From an uncultured Geobacter sp. (GTDB lineage: Bacteria > Desulfobacterota > Desulfuromonadia > Geobacterales > CAIOGM01): a DNA stretch of 64,000 nucleotides. The position numbers and the translations under genes were made by a program. The stretch's first letter is position 1. Every line of letters starts with the position of its first letter. Positions 17,669 through 28,500 of this stretch are shown in pieces. Under the pieces are notes generated by a model. The model was not told the DNA's origin and did no database searches. It saw only the letters and a list, made by a program, of their open reading frames with translations. The DNA is taken from the NCBI GenBank assembly GCA_903857795.1, contig CAIOGM010000128.1:4857-68856 (forward strand), given 5' to 3'.

Positions 17669-19470
17669 GTGGTTGCCCCATACACGTCTTCGATCTTCAC
17701 CAGCAGTTCATCAATGAAGGTGCGATTGTCCGCACTGACCATTTTCATCCTGACATTCAGGTAGCTGTAAGCGAAAAGCGTCGGGATGGCCACGAAGAGA
17801 CCGAAGAGGGTGCAGGCCAGCGCCGAGGCCACACCGGGCGCTATGGCCGAGAGGTTGGCTTCTCCTGCCTCGGCGAGGGCGGCAAAGGTGTTCATGACCC
17901 CCCAAACGGTCCCCAGCAGGCCCCAGAACGGTCCGCCGGAGATTCCCAGCGTAAGAACGATCATCCAGGCCGACATCCGTTGAGCTTCGCGAACACTAGC
18001 CCGGTCCAGGGCCGAACGATAGATATTGATGACTGATGGTGTCAGCCGGTCGATGACCAGTTCATCTCCTTCCTTGGAGTGCCGGGACAACCACTTGACG
18101 ATTTCGTCGTGACCGGCCATATAGACCCGATACAGCGAAGAGTGCTCGAACGTCCCCTCTTCGGATTCCGTCAGTCCCAGAGGATCATGGTTGTCCTTGA
18201 AGGCCTCGAGGAAGTCCCGGTTGTCCCGCTGAATTTTATTGAGCAGCAAAAACTTCAGGATGAACACAAAGAGCGCCAGTAAGAGCATGAAGGTACACAA
18301 ACCGATGACCAGCCAGCCATCCAGGGTGACAGACTTGGATATCACCTTCATGAGGTGAATGGTGAGGTCTTCACCGCCCCCCTTACCGGCTTCTTCCTGC
18401 ATGAGTCCGGCAAGCTTGGCGTCCTGCCCCTGGCTGCCGGCTTCGAGAGCTATCCAGGTCGACGGTCTGGCCAGTGACGATATTTCCACTTCATCGAGTT
18501 CGCCGGAGTAAAAATGCCCCCCCTTTATCGTCCCGCCGATGGCTATTTCATCGGATGGTGAGGGGAGGGCATCCTTGAGTGGTGCGGATACAGCCTCTTT
18601 GCCGTCGAGATACACCGTAACCTTCTTGCCGGGTTCCGCCGTGACGGCGAGGTGATGCCAACCGGCTGCGGGAACCGGCGCGCCCTTCGTCGTCACTCCC
18701 TTGCCGGCGCCGGTGGCGATGCTGCACCAGGCTCCGGACTTATCAAGACCGATGATCAGCGACTGCTTGCCGTCATCCCACGAAAAGAGCCGCGCGTCTC
18801 CGGGAGTCGCCGCCGGCTTGAGCCAGGCGGAAAAGGTGAATCCCTTGGTAAAGTTGAGCGACGGCGCCCGTTTGACGATTATCCGATCGCTGGCGCCGTT
18901 GAAGAGGACGCCGTTACCGATGACTGCGGGCACCCCGAGCTTGCCGCTGAAATCGGCGGCATGATTGCCGTAGGCGGTGGCGTCACGGGGAGAACCATCC
19001 TTTTCATCGAAGTGGAAGACCAGGGATTGGCCCGTATCATAGGTTCCACCACTGTCACCCGCCGCTTGAACCGAACTGTTGCCGTAATACGCCCAGACAA
19101 AATCCTGACCGGAACCACCAGAGATCTGGGGCGCCCTGACCCAGACCAGAGCGATCTCCTGTTTTGAATCGTACTTCTCGATATGAAATTTGAGTGGAGT
19201 CTTGTCGTCACCGCTCACAAAACGGAGGTCCGACCCATCCTCCTTGGCGTTGGTAAAGGAAAAGTTCGCCGTATGAAGCCGGAGCAGCACCGGGATCTCG
19301 GTGATATTCTCCTTGAGATCCGCGCCTTTGGCGGTAGTGTCGAAGGCGACTTTTTTTCTGAACTGCCACTTGGCGTCCCACCATGCCTCTGCCTGGAGTG
19401 CTCCTCCCAGGAGTGTCGCAAGCAGCACGGCGGCAATGACGCCGTACTTTCCGGTAAACTTTCCTTCCAT
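17665..19470 (-). CDS. MotA/TolQ/ExbB proton-channel protein with N-terminal signal peptide + DUF2341 + LamG-like (concanavalin-type lectin) periplasmic domains
   Basis: 601 aa. After the signal peptide, the N-terminal part reads WWDAKWQFRKKVAFDT...IPVLLRLH...DGSDLRFVSGDDKTPLKFHIEKYD...ALVWVRAP...YYGN, which matches the DUF2341 pattern. Next comes FTFSAWLKP...WHHLAVT...VTVYLDG (LamG-like). The C-terminal 3-TM ExbB core carries GPFWGLLGTVWGVMNTF and IAPGVASALACTLFGLFVAIP. Confidence 0.8.
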   Translation of the reverse strand: MEGKFTGKYGVIAAVLLATLLGGALQAEAWWDAKWQFRKKVAFDTTAKGADLKENITEIPVLLRLHTANFSFTNAKEDGSDLRFVSGDDKTPLKFHIEKYDSKQEIALVWVRAPQISGGSGQDFVWAYYGNSSVQAAGDSGGTYDTGQSLVFHFDEKDGSPRDATAYGNHAADFSGKLGVPAVIGNGVLFNGASDRIIVKRAPSLNFTKGFTFSAWLKPAATPGDARLFSWDDGKQSLIIGLDKSGAWCSIATGAGKGVTTKGAPVPAAGWHHLAVTAEPGKKVTVYLDGKEAVSAPLKDALPSPSDEIAIGGTIKGGHFYSGELDEVEISSLARPSTWIALEAGSQGQDAKLAGLMQEEAGKGGGEDLTIHLMKVISKSVTLDGWLVIGLCTFMLLLALFVFILKFLLLNKIQRDNRDFLEAFKDNHDPLGLTESEEGTFEHSSLYRVYMAGHDEIVKWLSRHSKEGDELVIDRLTPSVINIYRSALDRASVREAQRMSAWMIVLTLGISGGPFWGLLGTVWGVMNTFAALAEAGEANLSAIAPGVASALACTLFGLFVAIPTLFAYSYLNVRMKMVSADNRTFIDELLVKIEDVYGATT

Positions 19471-19501
19471 GTAAATCCCTCCGCGTCCCGATTATAGGTA
19501 G

Positions 19502-22500
19502 TTACCTGCGCTTCTTTTCCAGCGGCCCGTCTTGGGGCTCTGTCTGTTCCGGGGTGTCAAAACTTATTATCTTCACGTCGAGCCAAGAGGCGACGAGGTC
19601 ATCCATAAGCCTCTTTTTGAGAGAAGCTCCCTGCTCGCCGGACGCAGCCATTGTGGTGCTCTGTTCCATGGATTTGGTCGCCTGAGACATTGATCCGGTC
19701 CCGGACAGAGTACCCAGACTCACCCCTGGTCCACCTGCCGACGGTGCGGGACCGCTGGCAGCCGTAAAATTCCCGGCATTGAGGAGAGTCGGAGCATAAT
19801 AGGCGATCTTGTTCCCCGAGATGCCCGCCTCTCCCGCATCTATGAAACCACTGGGGGCAAAGGGATAGATGTTGCCCATCATGGGCGTTTCCGGCGCCAA
19901 GCCCTTGTTGTACCATTTTGCGGCTATCCCGCTCCCCACGGCTGGGGGGGTGAACTGCACAACGAGCGGGCTGTTGGGATCGTTGGGGTTCGAGCGAACG
20001 AGTTTGGGCGGTTGGGCATTGATGGCCGTGCGTGATCCCCGTCCGGCGTTGATTCCCCCCTGGTCGCTCCACATGGTGATATCACCCCCCCGAAAAGTCA
20101 TTACCCGTGACTCATTGACGTTCATATTGCCGACAGACAGCATGTTGATCTGACCACCATTTGCCGTATAGATACCGGTAGATTGCTGCTGAGAGGTCGC
20201 CTTGCTCTTGTCCAGGATGAGAGTACTCTTGCCGACGTTGATCACCCCTCCCGCGAATATATTGATTGCATCGGCACCCGAATTGGTGCTGATCTGGGAA
20301 GAGGTCATGTTGATGGTCCCTGTAGCCTCACCGGTCGTGCTGAACAGCGGCTTTATCAGTTTAGTGCGCGCCGTCTCGATCTGCGTTTTCGCGCCGGCAG
20401 TATCACCGGAGCTGCTCAGGTCACTGGCCTTCTGCCCATAGCCCCGCAGGGTGTCAAAGAACCGCTGCTCCATGGAAACCGCGGCGGGAGCCTGATCAGG
20501 GGTGAGAGCGGTAAAACTGCCGGAATCCTTCAAGGCGCCGAGGGCCACGTTAATATCATCACCAAGCCCGGCGACTATCGTGACATCGCTCCCTTTGGCG
20601 CCGAATCCGAGGTTGTAGAAATTGCCAAAGGTCTGGACCCCTTTGGAACTGCCGAAATCGATACTGTTACCCGCCTGGATGGTCAAACTGCCGGGCCCAC
20701 CCAGCTGAAATCCCGCCTCCAGGGTATCCAACTGTCCGCCCGCCGAACTGAATGAGATATCTCTTCCCGCCTTGATCGACGAGACCTCGTCAGCACGGTT
20801 ATTCTGACCGGAATAGAGGAGGTTACTGATGTCCCGACCGGCGGTAATACCGGAGCTGCGCGCCAGAGCGATCTGGACGTTTTTGATGTCACGGCCCGCT
20901 GTGAGCTGCGCCGTATCGGCGCTCCGCTGCGCCACCAGGGCCGCAGCATGGGTCTGGGCACTGAATTGGTTCGCATTGGGATAGGACGTGCGGGATTGCA
21001 CGCCGTACACCAGGGCAGGATCACCATCCCCCATGACGATGGACCCCTTGAACGGTACCGGTCCGTTGCCGGTCTGCACAAAGCTGGAGCCGTCCAGATC
21101 CCGACCGGCACTCAAAATGAGCGTCCCGGTGGCCGACGGCGCCAGGTAAAAGCTGTTCTCGATAGTGATATCACGAGCCGCCGTCATCACCAACGTGGGG
21201 GGGAGCAGGCGAGTCGACCAGGCAGTCGTGGAGGAGTAGATGCCGGGGTCGGCCTGCCCCGTCAGACTGATATCACCGGTCATCGAGGTGATCCCCACGG
21301 CCGTATCAGCGCCGTACTTGAGGTTCCACGCCTTGTAGGTCAACGCTTTGTCGCCGGCGACAGAAGGATCCGCTATGGTCGCGATCTTGACGTCACCCTG
21401 GGCAATCAGGTCGATCCGGCCGCTGTGTAATGCTTCGAGCACGGTGCCGTTGGCGTTTCCAACACTGCTGGCGCTATGTAAGGTTCCCGAACCGAGCCCG
21501 CTCAGGAAGCGGCCGTTCAAATCACCACCTGAAGAGACCGTCAGATTCCCGCTCCCGAAGACACCGACCTGACCGGAAATGTCACCGCCGCTTTTCAGTG
21601 ACAGATTGCCTCCTCCCATGGTCGCCAGGCCGGCGGTGGCATACTGACCGCTGCCGGTGGCATACGCCGGGGACCAGTAATAATCAGCACCAGCCGTTGT
21701 TCGGCGTTGCGTCACCATGTCCCAGGCATTCTTATCCAGCGAACCGGTCACCGATCCGCCAAGAGTGACGGATATATCCCCGCCGCCGGTAAAATCCCAG
21801 AACTCTTTGGTCCTGGTCGACGACGTTGACGCCTGATTATATTCGCCGGTGGTCCGGATGGCGCCGTTACCGACGCCGGCGAGAAGATTCAGCTCTCCGC
21901 CGATACCAAGCGAAATGGAACCGGTAGCCGACTGTAGCGCCGCCTGGACGCCGGTTGCGCCCTGGAATGAGAGCGAACCTCCCACCTGACCTTCGATGGC
22001 GCCCCGGTATGTCGCCAGCGAATAGCGCATGAACGTCGAAGCATCCAGCATATACCCTGCCGGCTTGCCGGCCGAGATGATCGTGTCGCCTCCCGAGGCA
22101 AACCGGACGTTACCGCTCTCCGTATAAATCGTTTCGTTGACGCCGGTCGTCAACACCCCTTCCTGAGCCGGATGGCTTACGATTTGGGTCACCAGGGGAT
22201 TGGCTGCGGCAAGGTCGCTCCCGGCTACGAAGGTATAATTCCAGGAAGGCTGAGCTGTCGCCGCAACAAGCGTTGTCGCCGGAGTCGGAGCATCAGAGAT
22301 ACTGCTTTTCAGGGCAAGTTTCCCGGCGGCCCGCAGCGTCAGCGAGCCCGATTCGCCGGCATAACGCCAGGAGGTGAGATCCCAGGGAGCAGTGACCGTC
22401 AAATCACCGCTGCTTCGCAGCTCGATTCCCGGCTGAAGATGTACTGACGAGGCGCCGCCCCCCTTCAGGAGCAATCCGGAATCGAGACGTTGAGCCTCGG

Positions 22501-25500
22501 CGCCGGCGAAATTCATGAAATTCTGAGTATCACGTCGCAAAGCAGCAATGGTCGTGGCGGTCACGGAGGTCTGGTCATAGCTCTTATAGGCCTCGGCAAT
22601 GACCTGGCCGGCGCCAACGATGGAGCCGTTCAGGTCGGCATTCATCGCTGTCGCCGAGCGGGGCGCCCGCAGGGTGACAGTCCCGCCTTTTCCCGCGCCG
22701 GCACCGGATACGTTGACGGAGCCGCCCGCGATTGTTAATCGACCGGTGGGATTCCCGGAACTGTCAAAGCTCCCCGCGCCAAGAACCACTTCCCCGCCCA
22801 AAGCGTCGGCGCCCGTTGCGTGTGCGTCCAACTCACCGTAAACGTTCAGGTTCTTTCCTGCATAGAGTTCAACCCGGCCACCCGTTACACCCGATGCATC
22901 AATAGTTCCTCGGATATTCAGGTCGCCACCATCCACCGCCAGGACAACCGACCGCGCTTTTACCGTTTCACCGGCGGCAACAGTCAGGGAACTCGCCGTT
23001 CTCGTCCGGATATCGATCGCCTCGGTAAAGCCACCTCGGACAAGGAGTGTTGAATTAAGGGTGCTGAAGTCGTTGGCGAATCCCGACAGGTCGGTGGTCT
23101 GCAGCGTCAGGGAGCCTCCCTTGCCGCCGCCGTCTGCCGTGCCCGTCAGTTCACCCTTGAGGGTGACGCCGCCGACCGACGCCGACAGATTGATGCTGCC
23201 GGCGTCACCGCCGCCGGCGGCCGAAACATCGATTCGCGCCCCCTGATCGACGTTTACCGCGCCGACCGTTGCAACGAGGAGCACCTTGCCGCCCGGATCA
23301 GTGGGTTTGACGCCATCCTGGCCCGCAGAATATTCGACCCCTCGGGCCAGAATCTCCGCCCCCGACTTGAGGTCTATGGTTCCCTGCGCCGTATATGAGA
23401 CCTGTCCGGCGCTAGACTGCACCGTACCGGTCTGCTCAATGTTCCTGGCGAGAACCTGCAATGAGCCGCCCGGTGTTGCTGAGGAACCAGCCGTCCCGGC
23501 GCTGCGTGAAATAGTGACGGTCCCGGCGGTCCCGGCATCTACGATAAAGCCCGCTGCCCGATACGGGATCGCTGCGTCACTGAAGTAGGTGGTGACCACC
23601 CGGGCCGCGGTGAGACTCAAATCCGCGCCTCCCGTCATGACCCGCCCGGCGCCGGCAAGGGCCAGATCGTTGGTAACCGCAAAATTGACCGTGCCGAAAC
23701 CGTTGAAGATGAGGTCCCCTTTTCTCTCTTTCGGGGGACCGGACACGTCGGCCGCATTGAGTGCGATGGTCGCATCGACGGCGGCCAGATTCAACCTGCC
23801 GGCGGCGCCGGAAGAATCAGGAGCGACCAGGGTCGAAGCCGAACCGCTGTTCATAAGAGTCAGCTTGGTGACTGAAACGTTTACCCCTTGGGCGCCGGGA
23901 TCGAGAACGCCAATCCGGGCCGCGTCCAGGGTCAGGCTGAGAGGAATCTCATTCTGATTCGCATCTTTTTTCAGGGCGAGCGTGACGTCGCCCAAAAACT
24001 TCAAATCGTTGCGGCTTTTCAGTTCAAGCGAGCCGAAGCCGTTTACCGTAGCCCAGAACGTCTCCGTCAGATAGATCCCGGGAGTAGCCGCTTGCACTCC
24101 CGGGTGGGCTGTCAAATAGGCATCCGAGACAAGATTCATGTGATCTCCGGTAATGCCGAGAACGCCATGGTCCACCAGCAGTGGAGTACTCCCCGGCGCG
24201 TCAAGAGAAACCGCATCCAAGCTGATCCGGTCCGAAGCGTGGATCTGAGCGTCTGACTGTATCGTGAGCACCCCTTTAGTCAGAACGCCCGCCGTTCCCC
24301 CTCCTTTGGGGTCGATTGCAGAGATAATGACACCGCTCTCCAGGGTGACTCCGTTGACGGCTGCCAGAGAAACGACCGGGGCGGACAGGGTGCTTCCCTG
24401 TTTGAGGGTCACCGTGGCCGTGGAAGACGCCGCATTGACCGTATCGATTACACCAAGGTCAATTTCGCGGAAGCCCTTACCTGCCAACGCGCCGGAGGCA
24501 AGATATAGTGTTCCTTTCAACTCCTTGAGATCACCATCGAAGGGAGTGTCAAAGGCAAAGGAGGCGGGCAGTGGCGCCGCGTCCGCGGCAACCACGATAG
24601 TTCCGCCACTCAGTGCCACTTTTCCGCCGCCTGATCCCGAAAGCGCTTGGGCGGAAATGGTCCCGTTGAGAATCGTAGTGGTCCCCTTGACCGTGACCGT
24701 TCCCGCCTCACCGGCGACAAATTCCCGGTTCAAGCTGAAGTTTCCTTCCCTGCGGACATCCAGCGCCGACCTCACCGAATAGGTATGCAACTGAGGAGCG
24801 CCCAGGCTGGTTCCGGCAGTGGTGGCAAATCCCGAAACCACGGGATACCCTTCCTTGGTGAGGGTCGTTACTCCGGAAGAGCCGAGAACACCCAGGTCGG
24901 TTACGACCATGGCGCCGGGAAGAAAGGCATACTGTTCCGGAAGAATCGAGTAGGCGCCCGCGGCCACTCCGTTGCCGCTGTTAAGGTACACCGCCGCGCC
25001 GGGTGCGGCGACCGGTGAATCCGGAAGGATGACGAAGCGCCCCTTGACGGTCAACGGGTTAAACGAACCTTCGATTCCGGACTGGAACTTGTAGGAATAG
25101 ACCGAACCGCCGCCCGAAATGTCGATGGTTGCTCCTTCTCTGACCACGATCTCATTGCCGCCGATGGTGACTGACTTACCCGGCGCCGAGGTGACGACGA
25201 CTCCGGTTACGGCGGAATTGCTCTTGTCTGTAACGTTGAGATTCTGGTCGGTATCCACGAAACCATAAGGGATCAGGGCGCTTCCCGCGGTGGTGAGCCG
25301 GCTCCCTTCCGCCAGATACACCCTGCTATTGCTCCCATATACCGGATCGGTGTTGAGATTGATCGCGCCGAGCGGAGCGGCAAGGGTCCCCCGATTCTCG
25401 ATACCACCCTTGGCGTTGAGAGTCAGTGAGCCGCCGGCGGAATAGATCGCTTGTTCGGAACGGACATCGCTCGGCAGGGTGGTGATCTTCCCTTCCGAGG

Positions 25501-28500
25501 TAAATGTAAACGCGGATGGGATGAAATTGAGATCACCGCCTGGATTGTACAGGGGATCGATGTTGCCGGCCTGGGTCTGCATCCCCGGGTAAATCCGGTC
25601 GGCCTTGAGGGTGAGGTCTCCGCCGGTGCTCAAGGAGCCGAGCCAGACATTCGCGCTGCCGTCGGACGGCGTTGCGTAGAATCGGTCGTACAGCCTCATA
25701 TCCCGTTTCAGATCGAAAGTTGTCGAGGAGAAGCCGGACAGCGCAATCTGTCCGGTTACATCAACCCATTCACCCAGGATATTGAACCGGGTCGTTCCGG
25801 ATAGGCCGCTTTTTGCCAGGAGTTGCGTGCTGTTGGCAAGTTGCACCCAGGGGGCCTGGATGCTGACCTGGTAGGCGCCGCCGCCGACAATTTCCGGGGC
25901 GTCAAGAGAGAAGCTTCGCCCGAGAGCCAGATCGAGTGAAGCGGGAAAGAGAATCGACTTCTTGCTGCCGAGCGAAACAGCGTCGAAGCCGTTTTCCGCC
26001 AGAGCCGTCAGATAGGGGGAATCCACGGTAAGCGGGGTCGTCTCGCTGAGACTGGTGAGAGTGAATGCAGCTCCGCGACCTCCGGCAACCGTTGTCTTGC
26101 CGGTAATTAACCCGGCAAGGGACAGTGCGCCGCCATAGGTGAGGCTCACCGAACCGGGTTCGCTCCCCTGATTCAGAGTGACCGGCTTGCCGGTGTCGGT
26201 TACGACCTGAGTCTCGACGGGAGATGCACCGGAAACATCAATCCGGGCGGTGGCCGGGATTATCAGTGCGCCATTACGGGCGATAATTTTGACATCGCCC
26301 GCCGCCATGGGGGTGACCGTTCCGCCACTAGCCGCGGTTGTATCTCTGATATACCCGGCTGCGGAAATCTCCGCCCCGGAGCTCATGGTCACATCGCCGC
26401 CGGCAAGAACGGTAATTTTACCTCCCGGAGCATCGAGTTTCCCGGAAAGGTCAATGGTCCCATGATCGCTAAACTTAACATTAGAGTCGGGCTTGACGGC
26501 GTAGGTCAGCTTGTTGAGGTCGAACTGCCCCTTGGTGAGCAGATTGATCTGCCCGCCGGGTCCGGAACGAAGCGTGGCTTCAGTTCCAACGGATACGCTT
26601 GAAAACTGAGAGGCCATGCCGTCGATACCCTGGAGATTGCCGGTAGCGACAGTAGAAGAACCGGCAAAGGTCACCCCCCCGGCAAGTGTCAGGGAACTCG
26701 ATCCCTGATAATCTGCTGACGTGGGGAGTTCGAGCGGAACTACGGTGTTTCGGGGCTGACCGGCGCCCCCTCCGACGACACCGCCGGAAACAGGAAGCAA
26801 CAACTTGACATTCGAGGTGGTAAGCGTAACGCCGGGGTCCACGTTTACCGAAGAGCGGCCGAAGAGATCAATGGTGGAAAACCCCGATGCGGCGATACCG
26901 TCGGCGCTTGCCACCACTCTGCCGATCCGATCCGGAGGCAGGGGTGAAGAGGCGTCAAAGGTTGCGGCAAGAGTCTGCGGTGCGCTTTGGACCACCACGA
27001 CGTTCCCCGCTTGGAGTACCAACGTCCCCCCGTTCTTACCGGGCAACGATGCCCCGTGCAGATCGCCGTCGATAATGATGGCGTCCCCCTGAAGCGCCAG
27101 CAGACCGGCGTTCCCTCCGGTTACCTTGCCCATGGTATCGACAAGGTAGCCGCCACCCGCATCTATCGAAGAACCGGACCGGACGATGACTCCTTTCCCG
27201 GTGTCGGTGTCATCCGCAATGGTGACGGAGCCGCCGTTGATATGGGCCGAGGGGAGGTATTGCTGAAGAGCGGCGCCCCCACCGACAAGATTGGTCCGTT
27301 GCCCGGCAACGGAGATGCGGCTTCCCTCGGCTATATAGACGAGTGATTCTAGTGGGTTACCTGCAGAGTCGGCAGGAAGCGGCGTCGTGTTGTCGCTGGT
27401 CTTGAGAGTAACGCTTCCGCCCGGAATGCTGATCTCTCCCCGATATTCGATACGCCTGGCTCCGGTTGTCAGCCCGGAACCCGGATTCATCGCAATGTGG
27501 GAGCCGCTTTCAAACGTGGCCACATTATTGGCATAGAGGTTCAAACTTCCCAGCCGGGCTTCATTGAGTATCGAGGACGATACCTCGGTCACCTGGGGAA
27601 TGCCTGCCGCCGGGAGATCATGAACTTGGGGAGTGACAGTTTGTCGCACCGTTATCGTGTCAACTATGGAATTGCTCACAGTGGGGTCATCGGAGGGTTT
27701 AATGCCGAGGGTAAAAGTTCCGGCCACCGGTTCCGCTCTGCCGAGGGTTATCTGCTGCCCCAGGGAGTTTGTCAGTTCAGCGGCGACATTCTGGTAAAAA
27801 CCTCTGCTTACATGACCATCAAGAGCGCCGTACAGATCAACCCGTTTGGCTGACAGTGTGGCGGTTCCGGCGTCAGCCCCTTCGATATAGTTGGAAATAG
27901 TGTTGTTGACCGAAGAAGAGCCGCCGAGATAGAGCCCGGAATAGCTCTTCGTGATACCGTACTTGCTGTTCGTGAAGTTCTGCGTTGAACTGATCAGGTT
28001 GTACGCCATCTGGGCGGGTGCGGTACTTATTGAGTAGCCCCTGTTCCCGGACGCCAGCCAGGTGGCAGTTGCTTCACCGGAACCATACCGGACACCACCG
28101 CCTGAAAAGTTCAGCGTTGACCCCGCACTGGAGACAATATCGCCCGTGGGCACGGAAACCGTGATGGCGCCGCCATTGACGCTGCGTTCACGGGTCGTTA
28201 ATTCTTGAGAAGTGATCGTTCCGGAGATGTCACCGATTGCCGACCCGGTCAAAGGGTTCACGGTCACCGTCTGCCCCAACAGAATGCCATTTTTCTGCTG
28301 CTGTGCGTCTCGCAGCACCACGCTGCTGAGCATGACCGGGGTCATCTGATCGCTAGCCGGTTTGTCCAGCCAGACGCCGCTCACGTCTATGGTGCTTCCT
28401 GCCCCAAGCAGCGCCCGCTCCGAAGCCTTCAAGGTGACCGTTCCGGAAGGAGAGGAAATCAGCCCCTGATGATCGATACGTTTGACTGTGGCGGAGGCGA

